From: Oligoflexales bacterium
GTDB taxonomy: Bacteria; Bdellovibrionota_B; Oligoflexia; Oligoflexales; JAPPIL01
NCBI GenBank assembly: GCA_965215515.1
Contig: OZ244057.1
Span: 1,824,001 to 1,888,000 of the forward strand
DNA: 64,000 nt
Direction: 5' to 3'
Position numbers and translations under genes: made by a program. The stretch's first letter is position 1; each line of letters begins with the position of its first letter. Under the pieces are notes generated by a model, which was not told the origin of the DNA, did not search any database, and saw nothing but the letters and a program-made list of their open reading frames with translations. Below are positions 19,758 through 30,519 of the stretch, in pieces.

Positions 19758-21105
19758 CGTTGTTTATTCTACCCCAGTTAGTGTTTCCTACTACCTTTTC
19801 ATACGCTCGGCAACCGCTGAGGGTGGGGAAGCCTGTTTCGAACAGTGTGCAGAGTTGTCCCGTCGTGTGAGAGGGGAGTGTGTGGGCAGTTTCTTGGAAG
19901 ATTGCGGCGATAATCGTGCGTAGTGGGTTGCTGTTACTGCCTTCATTTTGCAGTCGTGTAAATACGGTGCTGAGCCAGTTGTGTATATAGCGGTATTTGG
20001 TGGTGGGCGAGGGTATTTCGTCGCGGATGTACAGCACGAAGTTGACGATATGATGCAGATGGTGGGCTAGGATTGCGCCGACGATGTGTGTATCGCTGAA
20101 ATCGGGATAGGTGCAGGAGGACGAAGTTCTCGTTCCCGTGTAGAAGGCGGTGACTATGTCGGGGGTGATAGTTTTGCGGCTGCGGTCGGCGAAAACGGGG
20201 TTGGCGATGTCGCGGTTATAGCCGAAGCATGGATAGGAGATGATGTCCGAAGGGTTTTCGTTTTCAGCGTAAAAGGCGTAGAGGTCAGCCCAGCCTTCGA
20301 GAAAAGCCTCGAGGCTACGTTGTGCGGCGCGGCGTTCGGGGTGGCGTTGTTCAGTACCCAGATCGCTTGCAGCGACATGGTCTGTTTGCCATTTCTGGTG
20401 GTTAGCGAATTGCACGTGGTGTGCAAATTCATGGGCGATGATGAAGGTTGATTCCCACAGGCTACGCCCGTAGAAGTTATCGTTATCTGGCAGCACTGCC
20501 AACGATTTACTTGCAGGATAATAGATAATGTTGCGGTACATCAGTCGTTGTTGCAGCTCGCCTTCTTCGTCGGTGTAGATGGTGCGGAAAAACGGCATTA
20601 CCAGCAGGGACAGGCGGGGCACGTCCTGCCCTGTACTGTCGGTAAAGAAGCGTTGTGCTTTCTGGAGGTGCAGTGCGGTAACCAGCGCGACGTGTTCGAA
20701 GCTTTCGCGTGGGTATTCCTGCTCGGTAGCGCAGATACGGAGTAGACCGCCGCTTTCGTCTATCTTTTGCCATGGCACAGGCAGAAAATCTCGATCGAGG
20801 CAGTGTTGTTTGCTATGGAAGTGGCAGAGACGTCGGTAGGTTTGTCCGTAGAAGGTGTTATCGATCAGGGGCGTATGTAGCGATTGTTTGGAGGTGTCGA
20901 GATGGAGTGGCTGCGCGAAGTCGGTCAGGTAAATCTGTGTTGGCTGAGCCGTGGCGGCGGGGGTTTGTTCTTGGCAAGCGTGGTCGTGGAGGAAATAGCG
21001 CTCGGATACCACAGGTGGCAGTAGTGGTACAGGCGGTTCGGATACTGCGGGGGGAGGTTTTTGACACGAACACACCACAGCTGCGATAATGGTGAGCAGC
21101 GGCAA
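19702..21105 (-). CDS. Lipoprotein zinc metallopeptidase (gluzincin-like)
   Basis: Lipobox VVCSC, HEFAHH and downstream EGWADLYA. Confidence 0.72.
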   Translation of the reverse strand: MPLLTIIAAVVCSCQKPPPAVSEPPVPLLPPVVSERYFLHDHACQEQTPAATAQPTQIYLTDFAQPLHLDTSKQSLHTPLIDNTFYGQTYRRLCHFHSKQHCLDRDFLPVPWQKIDESGGLLRICATEQEYPRESFEHVALVTALHLQKAQRFFTDSTGQDVPRLSLLVMPFFRTIYTDEEGELQQRLMYRNIIYYPASKSLAVLPDNDNFYGRSLWESTFIIAHEFAHHVQFANHQKWQTDHVAASDLGTEQRHPERRAAQRSLEAFLEGWADLYAFYAENENPSDIISYPCFGYNRDIANPVFADRSRKTITPDIVTAFYTGTRTSSSCTYPDFSDTHIVGAILAHHLHHIVNFVLYIRDEIPSPTTKYRYIHNWLSTVFTRLQNEGSNSNPLRTIIAAIFQETAHTLPSHTTGQLCTLFETGFPTLSGCRAYEKVVGNTNWGRINNDEQRRSVVATPGHPTKQN

Positions 21106-21220
21106 AAAGCAGTTGACTCGTCTGATAGCAGAGAAGATAATCAGCCGTTAACTCGTTACTTGGTCGATGCCGAGGCCCTTCATTATGCACACAAGGACAT
21201 CATAACACAAGGGGAAACAC

Positions 21221-21460
21221 GTGGCACGAGTATCCATTGAAGACTGTCTTACTACCATCGAGAACCGTTTTGTGCTGGTGGCAGTCGCTTCGCATCGCAC
21301 TCGCCGCCTGATGGGTGGTGCAGACCCGCTGGTTAATTCCAAGAACAAAGAGGCTGTTACTGCTCTGCGTGAGATCGCCGAGGGGCGTATTCTGCCGCGC
21401 ACTCCCCTGCCACGGGAGGATACCGCGGCGGACACCGACCGTGTGGCGACGGAGAAGTAG
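21221..21460 (+). CDS. rpoZ: RNA polymerase omega subunit
   Basis: MARVSIEDCL..ENRFVLV...NKEAVTALREIAEG. Confidence 0.96.
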   Translation: MARVSIEDCLTTIENRFVLVAVASHRTRRLMGGADPLVNSKNKEAVTALREIAEGRILPRTPLPREDTAADTDRVATEK

Positions 21461-21461
21461 A

Positions 21462-21770
21462 TCAGGTAGGTGTGTCTGTCGGGCGCTCCTGCACGGGCAC
21501 GGTCTGTTCGTACCAGCGCAGGAAGGTCTGTCCGTCGATGGACAGGAAGCCTGCGACTCTCTCTCTCCTTGAGATAGTGGTGCGCAGGTCGTGCTGTTCC
21601 AGAAACTTGCGCAGTTGTTCCATCTCCCGCTCCTGATAGGGGAGGTGGAGAAATCTTACGCGAAAGTCCTGTTCGATGCCTCGTACCTGTAGGTAAACTT
21701 GATCGAGATTCTCGCTCGGGTGCACGACCTTGCCCGACATGCTCAGCGCTTGGGGAGGATGTACAGGCAT
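21462..21770 (-). CDS. Hypothetical protein
   Basis: 102 aa ORF convergent on rpoZ. Confidence 0.5.
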   Translation of the reverse strand: MPVHPPQALSMSGKVVHPSENLDQVYLQVRGIEQDFRVRFLHLPYQEREMEQLRKFLEQHDLRTTISRRERVAGFLSIDGQTFLRWYEQTVPVQERPTDTPT

Positions 21771-21774
21771 CGGC

Positions 21775-22066
21775 GTGTAGGGAACTACATGTGCGCAAGT
21801 TTTGCGCAGTAGTTTAGAGCTTAAAGGGTGCAGAGGGGCATTTCAGTCCGACGATGCGGTAGAGGTTTTCGACCCGCGGGGAGGCTTTTAGGTTAGGCCT
21901 GCCGTACAGCTCTCCTGTCTTGATGTGCCCTGAGACGATCGCCTTTGCGGTGGAATATGGGACGCGTTTGGAGGTATTTTTTGCTGCCGCTGTTCTTGAC
22001 CAGATCTTTCACCGCTACCTCACCCTCGACCTTAGCCATCCTCTCCAGACGATCTAACAAACGAGC
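21775..22066 (-). mobile_element. IS1634-family remnant, internally deleted
   Basis: Highly similar to 45622-46096 but lacking internal segments. Confidence 0.8.
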
Positions 22067-22125
22067 CCTGTCCTTTTCTTGAGGGGATTATTATAAAAAG
22101 CAATAATTACAATGAGCTATACGAA

Positions 22126-24924
22126 TCACTGGCCTTGCCCATAGACCTGCAGAAAATTCTGGGCAGCGATCTGTTCTCGCAACGCGGGATCGTTTTTGCG
22201 GCACACATCCTCGAACTGGCAACCGCTACAAAAGGACGGGTCGATCGTGCTGTAAATGTCACCCACGCGACTGCGAAAAGCGAGCAAATCGTGCATCTTC
22301 TCTACCAACTCTTCCAGCCTACGGGTCTTTCTCTCGGTAACGTTAAAACGCGCCCGCAGAAAACTCGCCGTGATGTCCTCACCATGCGCAACAAGCATAA
22401 GCTCGCCGTTAAGAATGCTGTAGTAGCCCGTCACCATCTTGGCAAGACCCGCACCCTCATCGGCACGCCGTGCACAAGCTAGTGCGTAGGCATAGAAAGC
22501 TAACTGGAGTGCAATGCCCGCGTCGAGTTCCCTGTTTTCAGGCAAGCGTTTGCGTTTATAGTCGAGCAACAACACATGCTCGTCATCCTCGTGAATATGA
22601 TCGACTTTACAGTGCAACTCAGCCCGCCGCCCCTCGCTCCAAGATAACGCCGCAGGTAAGCGCAACTCGTATTCGTTCCACTCCCGATAAGACGCAGAAC
22701 GGGTTTTACGGCTGACAAACTCCGCCAAGCGCGGCCACGCAAACAAACGCAAATGCGTCGCAAGAGCACGGTCATTAAGCAAAGACGAAGCATGCGTCGC
22801 CGTGATGTCGTTGAGCAACTCACACAACTGAGCCACCCTGACGGAATCCTCCTGCGTGTCGCGACAGATACGTCGATAGACAGGATCACTGCTGAACTTC
22901 TCGATAACTCTATGCAGTCGATTGCCCTCCTCCTGCGGTGTGTCCTGCTCACGTACCTCGCACCCCACGATGCTAAGACGCGACAAGAAATGCCGCAGAG
23001 GACAACGCACGAAATTCTCGGCACTCGACGCAGAGACCGTGGCAAAAAAATCCCGCCTCGTCGTGACAGGCACGGCATCTAGAGGCACGGTGCACACGGA
23101 AGAAGCAGGCAACAGATCTGGCAAAGTTAAGCCCGTACAGTCCTGCTCCTTAAGGTGGTGTGTGCGGACAATTTTTTCGATAAAGCGCGAGCGTTCCGCC
23201 GTGCTACTACAATAGCTGCACGTAAGATGCAGGCGACGACCACACAGACCGTGGAAGGTGACATCCTCCATCGCTTCCAAATGTTGCCAGCCACTGAGCC
23301 CGATTGCAGTTTTTAGTTTGTCGCTGACGATAACATCGCGCGGTAAACTTTTGGGGAAAAAACCCTCGTGGCAGCCCACCACCAACACATGCTGAAAAGG
23401 CATCGCCCGCACTTCAGGCAAACTCAAAATCTGCACTCCCGCCAGCGGTTCGCCGATCTTGCGCAAAGGAAAAACCAACAACTTCTCACGGACGAACTGC
23501 CAAAACTCCGCGGGTACGCATTTCGTTGTAGCGCTCATGCCACTAGCAGCAAGACTACACAAAAATTCCTCCACCTGTGCGATGCTCCGCTGCTCAAAAT
23601 TTTCCCGTGTTGCCTGAGCCACAAAACCCAACTCGTGCAACAGTCCTCGCAGACATAGCAATTGTGTTCTCCACGATGCCGTGCGAAACCGCTGCACAAT
23701 ACGCTCGAAACGAGCGATCGCTTTGCCCGCGGGCGTGTCCACCCCCAGCAGTAACCGTAGTTTCCCTGGCCCGCGACAATGGATAGCACTCAAGGCAAGG
23801 ATAATGTCATCACGTTGCGAGTCCGCAACCGCAGCAAGAGGATGTGCGACAAGATCGAGGGCAGCAGGAACTTGGAACTCACTACAAGCGTAATTGCTCA
23901 ACGCCTGCAAGAAACCACCAACACTGGTCATCCGCAACGGAATGGGCACGGCGATGTTTTTAGCAAAACTAAAAAAATCAGCTACCGCCAACAGATGCGG
24001 CAGATAAAAAGCATCGCTGCTTAAGACGATGGCGATCTCCGCAGGACGCACACCCCCAGCCTGTAACAACTGCTGAGCTCGGTGCAAAGCGTAAGTAATC
24101 TCGACCTGTGGCGAAGCGAAATGCAAGATACCTATCGTCGCCTCCACGTGTGTCTCTGGCACGGGGGGGGGCTGCGGCACAGTTCTCCCCGCGCTACGAG
24201 CCACGCTTGTGAGCAATTCGGTCGCGGGGTTGCTGGGGTTAGTGGTCGTGATATGGTTGAAATAAAAGGTCACATGCGGCAGCACGGCAAGTTTTTGCAG
24301 AAAGACATCTACCGTCTTGCTAACACTGGTGAAGGCCGCGACGTAGAGGTGATCAAAATCACCTTCGCTCACCACCGCCGTGCGCAACGCTTGTCTACGT
24401 GCCACACTGCGGGTCATCTGGCCATCGTCTTGTAACTGGGCGTGGAGGGCAACAAACAACCGCTGCACCGCCGCGTACTTGTGGCGTTGTCGGACGATTT
24501 CGCCCTCGGCGAGCCACGGATTTTGTGCCAACTGTTGCTCGATACGAGCATGGAAATGCAGATGCAAGTCAGCGGCGATCACGTCGTCGTCCAACTGACG
24601 CAGCTCATGCGCAAAAGCAGGATGTAGGTGTTCATAATCGCCGTGGGTCAGCTGCATCTGCAACATTTGCTCGACCTGCAGTTCCGTGACCGTCGGTCGT
24701 TCCGTGCCCTGTAGCCGCGCCACAAACCCATCCAACGTGGTCAGCAGCGGAGGCTCGTAGGCAGTATGTCGTTCAGCCAAGGCGGCCAAACAAAAGGTGA
24801 CGAGACGGCGCGTCGGCAGAATTACCGCACTGCGTGCCAGCACGGTGCGGTCGAGAGCCGCAAGGTCGCGACACAGGCGGTTAATGATACACTGGTTGGC
24901 GGGCAGCACAACGAGTTCATACAT
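22126..24924 (-). CDS. AddB/RexB-like PD-(D/E)xK nuclease-helicase subunit
   Basis: VILPTRR, GCHEGFFP, SRFIE, CPLRHF, KVDHI..LLDYK, QLAFY, CSGCQFEDVC; AGGAGG before ATG 24924. Confidence 0.85.
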   Translation of the reverse strand: MYELVVLPANQCIINRLCRDLAALDRTVLARSAVILPTRRLVTFCLAALAERHTAYEPPLLTTLDGFVARLQGTERPTVTELQVEQMLQMQLTHGDYEHLHPAFAHELRQLDDDVIAADLHLHFHARIEQQLAQNPWLAEGEIVRQRHKYAAVQRLFVALHAQLQDDGQMTRSVARRQALRTAVVSEGDFDHLYVAAFTSVSKTVDVFLQKLAVLPHVTFYFNHITTTNPSNPATELLTSVARSAGRTVPQPPPVPETHVEATIGILHFASPQVEITYALHRAQQLLQAGGVRPAEIAIVLSSDAFYLPHLLAVADFFSFAKNIAVPIPLRMTSVGGFLQALSNYACSEFQVPAALDLVAHPLAAVADSQRDDIILALSAIHCRGPGKLRLLLGVDTPAGKAIARFERIVQRFRTASWRTQLLCLRGLLHELGFVAQATRENFEQRSIAQVEEFLCSLAASGMSATTKCVPAEFWQFVREKLLVFPLRKIGEPLAGVQILSLPEVRAMPFQHVLVVGCHEGFFPKSLPRDVIVSDKLKTAIGLSGWQHLEAMEDVTFHGLCGRRLHLTCSYCSSTAERSRFIEKIVRTHHLKEQDCTGLTLPDLLPASSVCTVPLDAVPVTTRRDFFATVSASSAENFVRCPLRHFLSRLSIVGCEVREQDTPQEEGNRLHRVIEKFSSDPVYRRICRDTQEDSVRVAQLCELLNDITATHASSLLNDRALATHLRLFAWPRLAEFVSRKTRSASYREWNEYELRLPAALSWSEGRRAELHCKVDHIHEDDEHVLLLDYKRKRLPENRELDAGIALQLAFYAYALACARRADEGAGLAKMVTGYYSILNGELMLVAHGEDITASFLRARFNVTERKTRRLEELVEKMHDLLAFRSRVGDIYSTIDPSFCSGCQFEDVCRKNDPALREQIAAQNFLQVYGQGQ

Positions 24925-24934
24925 CTCGCCTCCT

Positions 24935-26509
24935 CTACAAGATGAGAAACACCACGGCCACAATGGCGGTCGGCAGCAACGCACCGAGCAACAGACCGAA
25001 AGGAGAGATACCGTTGTTGAAATAGTTGTTGAGTAACGACTGCCCCGCAGGGTTCGGAGCATTGGCGATAACGGTCAACCCGCCCCCCGCAACCGCGCCT
25101 GCTACTACGGCGTACTTAAGTTGGGGAGCGAGATCAGGCACAAGGGTGGCAAGGTAGGTGATCGCCGCATTGTCGTTGAAGGCAGTCAAAATCATCGCCC
25201 CGCAAAAAAGTGGCACGCGCGACAACCCTTCCAACACAGGAGCAAGCCACCAACCTTGCAAACCACCGTGCACCACCAACCCACCGAGAAAAAACCCCAC
25301 CAACAAAGGGTTTTTAACTTTGAGCGGCTGTTGATGGGCACGGGTCGCTTGATAAAAGGCAAAGAAAAACAAAAACGTACCCACAAACAAAGGCGGATAA
25401 TGCGCGTTGCTGACCGTCCACAACATAAACAGGATATGCACACAGATGATCCAAGACGGAATAGGCTCGTCCTCCACATCACTGTGCGGGCTAGACGGTG
25501 TCTGCAATTGCTTGAACTGCCGCCAAAAAACTAGTGCCCCACAAGTGTTCGCGATCACGATGCCGACCAGTGCCTTCCAGCCGAAATGCGTAGCCATAAA
25601 CAGCGTGTCCCATTGCCAGGCTTTCGCTACCATCAACACAGGAGGGGCGGCAAAGTTAGTGAACGTCCCCCCCACCGAGACGTTGACAAACAAAAGACCC
25701 AGTGTCGCATAGGAGAGCAGTAGAGAAGGTTTACGGCGGTAAAAATATCTTGCCAGCAACAAAGCGCAGATAGTCATCGCGGCAGGCTCGGTGATAAACG
25801 ACCCGAGCAGCGGCCCTACCGTTAACACTACATACCAAAAGGACAGCGGCGAACCACCGAACAGTCGTGCGATAGAGTGCATTATTTTTTCAGAAAAAAA
25901 CAAGATAGGCTTGGTAGAGGCGATCGTCATGATAACGACCACGAAGATCGGCTCGACGTACGACACCTTTTGCGTCAGGTAGGTGACGGTATCGTGCCAA
26001 CCGATGTTGAGACCGAGTACTGCAAGTAGGGCAAGTACCCAGATACCGAAGACCGCTTCAACCTCGCCGAGAAGATGAAACATTTCCGCCCAAAACGGCA
26101 TATCAGTTTTGCGAAAATTGGAAGGATGCCACGGGTCGTCGTTTTTTTCCGCATCGTAGCGTCGTCGGCGGCGCAAAATGTGAAGGGGTAGGGTATCGCC
26201 GCGTCGCAACTGCGAGTTGCTGCGTTGCTCGCTGCTTCCTCGTCGCCGTCGCTGCATGACGATGTGGTGGTAGCCTGCGTTGCGAATTCGTATTGAAATG
26301 AGCATGAAGTTTTTACTACAGAAGGTGTGCAGAATTGCACCCAGGAATATCAGCGACACCCATAAATTCAGAGGCTCAACGGCAATACGTTGCTGAAGGC
26401 GAGCGAACAGCGATAGATGTGTATCCTGGTAGTAGTCCAACGCCAGAGGAAAGGCCGAGACCTCTCCCGCCAGCAACAGCAACAGTGTAACACCGAACAA
26501 CATCGCCAT
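24935..26509 (-). CDS. Putative Na+/H+ antiporter (DUF1504-type)
   Basis: HLLGEVEAVFG, GSFITEPAAMT, NVSVGG, TAFNDNAA, TVIANAPNPAG. Confidence 0.88.
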   Translation of the reverse strand: MAMLFGVTLLLLLAGEVSAFPLALDYYQDTHLSLFARLQQRIAVEPLNLWVSLIFLGAILHTFCSKNFMLISIRIRNAGYHHIVMQRRRRGSSEQRSNSQLRRGDTLPLHILRRRRRYDAEKNDDPWHPSNFRKTDMPFWAEMFHLLGEVEAVFGIWVLALLAVLGLNIGWHDTVTYLTQKVSYVEPIFVVVIMTIASTKPILFFSEKIMHSIARLFGGSPLSFWYVVLTVGPLLGSFITEPAAMTICALLLARYFYRRKPSLLLSYATLGLLFVNVSVGGTFTNFAAPPVLMVAKAWQWDTLFMATHFGWKALVGIVIANTCGALVFWRQFKQLQTPSSPHSDVEDEPIPSWIICVHILFMLWTVSNAHYPPLFVGTFLFFFAFYQATRAHQQPLKVKNPLLVGFFLGGLVVHGGLQGWWLAPVLEGLSRVPLFCGAMILTAFNDNAAITYLATLVPDLAPQLKYAVVAGAVAGGGLTVIANAPNPAGQSLLNNYFNNGISPFGLLLGALLPTAIVAVVFLIL

Positions 26510-26686
26510 CTCCGCAGGGAGGGAATTCTAGCAGTCTTCACAGCACGCGGCAATGGCATTTGTCCCGCTTCTGTACTCGGCACGCACACGCACCAAGCAC
26601 ACATGCGATATTTGCTTGTCACCACGACGCAGAGACAGCTAATCTGCTAAAATATCCCCAGAGCAAAACTTAGCGCACCGTCAAAC

Positions 26687-27640
26687 ATGCTGCACTCCGT
26701 AAACGCCTTCATCCTCGCCGCTGGCTACGGCAGTCGTCTACACCCCTTGACCACCACCACCCCTAAACCACTGCTACCCTGCATGGGCGTGCCGCTTATC
26801 GATATCACCCTACAACAACTGCAACGACACGGGGTGCGACATACCTACGTTAACACTCACCACCTCCCCGCGCAGTTCGCTTACCTGTCCCCTCTGCCAC
26901 AAGTCACCCTGTTGCACGAACCAACCCTGCTCGGCTCAGCGGGTTTTGTCCGTAACCTCCCGCGACGCGACCGCGACCTCATCGTTTACAACGGCGATAT
27001 TCTCAGCACACTAGATTTTACCGCCCTCTACCAGACACATCGTGCCCACCGAGCTATCGCTACCCTCGCTCTGCTACCCACCGCCCTACCCTTCACCCAG
27101 CCTGTCTACGTCCGTGACAGATACCTCGTCGCCTGCAACGCACCGACGTGTTCAGAACACACCAGCGCCCACACTTTCGCCTGCGCACAAGTATGGAGTG
27201 CCGAATTCCTGCACCTGATCGTCACACACAACTTCACCCACAGCAAAGATGCCTGGCAATACGCGCTCGACCACCACCACCCCATCGCAACATTTCTGCA
27301 CCACGACCTGTGGTACGACATCGGCACCCCCGCAAATTTTTTCAGGGCACACCAAGCACTGCACCGCAAACTACAACACGACCCCGACTTCCTCCACCTA
27401 GCCACCCTGCTGGATGAAGAACTGCACCTGCACGCCGAGCACGTTATCGTCGGAACACCCTATATAGAAAAAAACTGCCAGATCGGGACACAGACCTTCA
27501 TCACCAGCAGTCACGCAGCTGTCCACGCCCCCGCGCAACTCGACCACTGTATCGTCATGCGCGATGCGAGCGTGCACGGCTCACACAGCCACACCCTGTT
27601 GCTCGGCAAACACACCCTCCCCACAAACCATCCCGCGTGA
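26687..27640 (+). CDS. Sugar-phosphate nucleotidyltransferase (MurU/GMPP-like)
   Basis: ILAAGYGSRLHPLT..PKPLL, NGDI, WYDIGTP. Confidence 0.88.
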   Translation: MLHSVNAFILAAGYGSRLHPLTTTTPKPLLPCMGVPLIDITLQQLQRHGVRHTYVNTHHLPAQFAYLSPLPQVTLLHEPTLLGSAGFVRNLPRRDRDLIVYNGDILSTLDFTALYQTHRAHRAIATLALLPTALPFTQPVYVRDRYLVACNAPTCSEHTSAHTFACAQVWSAEFLHLIVTHNFTHSKDAWQYALDHHHPIATFLHHDLWYDIGTPANFFRAHQALHRKLQHDPDFLHLATLLDEELHLHAEHVIVGTPYIEKNCQIGTQTFITSSHAAVHAPAQLDHCIVMRDASVHGSHSHTLLLGKHTLPTNHPA

Positions 27641-27701
27641 GGGGCATAGGTTGTCTTCCCTACTTGCGTTAATTTTTTCTGGCCGTGTACTTCCCACTCG
27701 C

Positions 27702-28163
27702 CTACCGCAGAGCCAACAAATTACCCAGCGGTGCAGGCACACCTTGCACCCCGCCACGGCGCGCACATTCAAGATCGCTCTCTTTGTCTCCGACGAAATA
27801 ACTACCTGCAGCATCGATATGAAAATCCTGCATAGCGCGTACCAACAACTGCGTCGCGGGTTTGCGACAAGCACAGGCATCCGCCGCCACATGCGGGCAG
27901 TAGTAAAAAGCATCGAGCTGTACCCCCGCGGGTGCGAGCAGTGCCTGCAACGTGCGGTGGGCGGCAAAAACATCGCTATGCCCATAATAACCACGTCCCA
28001 CGCCTGACTGATTGGTAATGACAATCAGGAGGTAACCGCGCCGTTTTAATTCGTACAACTGTGCACCGACACCCTCGAGCAACACGATGTCAGCACGGCG
28101 ATAGACGTAGCCGCGCTCGGCGATCAATACACCATCACGATCGAGAAAGACGGCGGTGTTCAC
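27702..28163 (-). CDS. gmhB: D-glycero-D-manno-heptose 1,7-bisphosphate phosphatase
   Basis: FLDRDG, ITNQSG, YCPH...CACRKP, VGDKESD; GTGA overlap with the upstream gene. Confidence 0.9.
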   Translation of the reverse strand: MNTAVFLDRDGVLIAERGYVYRRADIVLLEGVGAQLYELKRRGYLLIVITNQSGVGRGYYGHSDVFAAHRTLQALLAPAGVQLDAFYYCPHVAADACACRKPATQLLVRAMQDFHIDAAGSYFVGDKESDLECARRGGVQGVPAPLGNLLALR

Positions 28164-28414
28164 GATGCGTCTGGCGTACCGTTCACCGCACGGTAGATGC
28201 GTGCCCACAGAGCGCGATCTTTGCGTAGCCAAGCCGCGAAGAGCTTGCGGGCGGGACGGTTAACCAGTGCCTCGTTGCGAAAATAAGCGGCAAACTCACT
28301 ACGCTCGCTCCGTTTACGCAACTCGGCAACGTGCTCGGCCAGCACGTACAACTCCGCAGGCCCCGCGCGCAAGATAAGGTTTTGTTCGTAAAAGTCGATC
28401 GTAACTTTGAACAC
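28160..28414 (-). CDS. Hypothetical protein
   Basis: 84 aa ORF tightly packed between hppA and gmhB. Confidence 0.7.
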   Translation of the reverse strand: MFKVTIDFYEQNLILRAGPAELYVLAEHVAELRKRSERSEFAAYFRNEALVNRPARKLFAAWLRKDRALWARIYRAVNGTPDAS

Positions 28415-28417
28415 GAG

Positions 28418-30484
28418 CTATCCGCCCCACAAATTCAACAAGGCCTGATGCGCTTTGCTCAAAAACGGCGCAAACACCAAACTGGTAATGGCCATCAGCT
28501 TCATCAGGATGTTGAGCGAGGGGCCCGAAGTGTCTTTGAAAGGGTCTCCCACCGTATCGCCGACCACGGCAGCCTTGTGTGCCCCCGTGCCTTTGCCTCC
28601 ATGTGCACCTGCCTCGATGTACTTTTTGGCGTTGTCCCAGCCGCCGCCTGCATTGGCAGCTGAAATCGCCAACACTACTCCGCTGACCAACGCCCCCGCC
28701 AGCAACCCCGCCAACGCTTCCACCCCGAACAACGCGCCGAAAATAAGCGGGGTGAACATAACAAGAAAACCAGGCGCAATCATTAAACGTAGCGCCGATG
28801 TCGTCGCGATAGCCACACAACTGCGATGGTCAGGTTCTTCCGTGCCGCCGAGAATGCCAGGTTTTTCCCGAAACTGTCGCCGCACCTCCTCGATCATCGC
28901 ATAGGCCGCTTGCCCTACCGCCCGCAGAGTTTGTGCCGTGAACAGAAACGGCAACACACCACCGCAGATCAATCCCGCGAACACCAGCGGCGATAACAGA
29001 TCGAGAGCGCTGATATCCGCCACCGTCAAGAATGCCCCGAACAACGCTAGAGCGGTCAACACCGCCGAGCCGATAGCGAAGCCTTTACCGATAGCGGCGG
29101 TGGTGTTGCCCGCCGCATCGAGCGTATCGGTACGCCTCCGCACTTCCGCTCCTAACTCGCCCATCTCGGCAATGCCCCCCGCATTGTCAGCCACAGGGCC
29201 GTAAGCGTCGATGGTCAAGCCGATGGCAATGGTGGAAATCATGCCGATGGCCGCGATAGCAACCCCGTACATGCCCGCCAACGTCCAAGCCATATAAATC
29301 ACCACGGCAATAGCGACGACGGGCACCACCGCGGACTTGTAGCCGAGACTCAGTCCGTAGATAATGTTGGTCGCCGCCCCCGTGTTCGAAGCTTCTGCCA
29401 CCTCCCGCACGGGTTTGTAGGCGTGCGAAGTGTAGTACTCCGTCACCGTGCCGATCAGCAGACCCGCCCATAACCCCGCCAGCAGCGATATCAGTACGGC
29501 GTTGGGCGTGACCACCTGTCCCGCGAGGGGGAACTCCACCATCACCAACTTGGTGACGACAGTCATGGCAACGGACATGATGAGGGTGGAAATGAACAAC
29601 TGTTGTTTGAGGGTCGGTTCCACGCTGGTGGCATCGGCCTTGACCTGAGCAAAGTACAGCGTCACCAAACAGACAGGGATACCCACCGCGGTGATCAGCA
29701 CAGGATAGTAGAGGACACCCCAGCCTTGTGCGATCGTCGCCACGCTTGCCCCGATGACGAGCGCAGCGCAGGTTGCCTCGGCACACGAGCCAAACAAATC
29801 CGCTCCCATCCCCGCGATGTCGCCGACGTTATCACCGACATTATCGGCTATGACGGCGGGATTGCGCGGGTCGTCCTCAGGAATGCCACTCTCCACCTTG
29901 CCCACTAAATCCGCCCCTACATCCGCAGCTTTGGTGTAAATACCACCGCCGACGCGACCGAACAAAGCCACCGTCGAGCCACCTAACCCGAAACCAGAAA
30001 CGATCTCCATCACCAGTCGAGGGTCGTCGAAGAAAAGGCTGAAAACGAGTGCGGTGGTCACGAGACCGAGTACCGCTAAGCCTGTCAGGCCAAATCCCAT
30101 CACCGCACCAGAGTTAAACGCCACGCGAAATGCCGCCGCCAGACTTGTCTGTGCTCGCAGTGTCGTGCGCACGTTACCCTTCACGGCAATCTTCATTCCC
30201 AGAAAAGCGCACAAGCTCGACACCGATGCCCCGACGAGGAAAGCGATGGCTGTCTGTACCCCGTGCGGGATAGTCAGGGCGATCAAAACGGCAAAACACA
30301 GGGCGAACAGGGTTACATACTTGTATTCCTGCAAGAGAAACGCCATCGCCCCCTGTTCGATAGCACGGGAAATTTTGGCCAGTTTGCTGTCGGCCACGGT
30401 GATGGCTAAAACTTTGCGGGTGAAGATAAACGCGACACCCAAGGCCAGCAAACCGAAGAGGTAGATTAAGATTAGAACTGCCAT
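28418..30484 (-). CDS. hppA: Membrane-bound K+-dependent pyrophosphatase
   Basis: [45 protein letters not shown]. Confidence 0.96.
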   Translation of the reverse strand: MAVLILIYLFGLLALGVAFIFTRKVLAITVADSKLAKISRAIEQGAMAFLLQEYKYVTLFALCFAVLIALTIPHGVQTAIAFLVGASVSSLCAFLGMKIAVKGNVRTTLRAQTSLAAAFRVAFNSGAVMGFGLTGLAVLGLVTTALVFSLFFDDPRLVMEIVSGFGLGGSTVALFGRVGGGIYTKAADVGADLVGKVESGIPEDDPRNPAVIADNVGDNVGDIAGMGADLFGSCAEATCAALVIGASVATIAQGWGVLYYPVLITAVGIPVCLVTLYFAQVKADATSVEPTLKQQLFISTLIMSVAMTVVTKLVMVEFPLAGQVVTPNAVLISLLAGLWAGLLIGTVTEYYTSHAYKPVREVAEASNTGAATNIIYGLSLGYKSAVVPVVAIAVVIYMAWTLAGMYGVAIAAIGMISTIAIGLTIDAYGPVADNAGGIAEMGELGAEVRRRTDTLDAAGNTTAAIGKGFAIGSAVLTALALFGAFLTVADISALDLLSPLVFAGLICGGVLPFLFTAQTLRAVGQAAYAMIEEVRRQFREKPGILGGTEEPDHRSCVAIATTSALRLMIAPGFLVMFTPLIFGALFGVEALAGLLAGALVSGVVLAISAANAGGGWDNAKKYIEAGAHGGKGTGAHKAAVVGDTVGDPFKDTSGPSLNILMKLMAITSLVFAPFLSKAHQALLNLWGG

Positions 30485-30519
30485 GTTCGTTCCTTACGTG
30501 GGATCACCGACGACACACT

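Noticed and set aside
24163..24171. G9 tract in the addB-like gene as a phase-variation site
   Set aside because: Encodes a Pro-rich linker in a repair gene; no supporting context.
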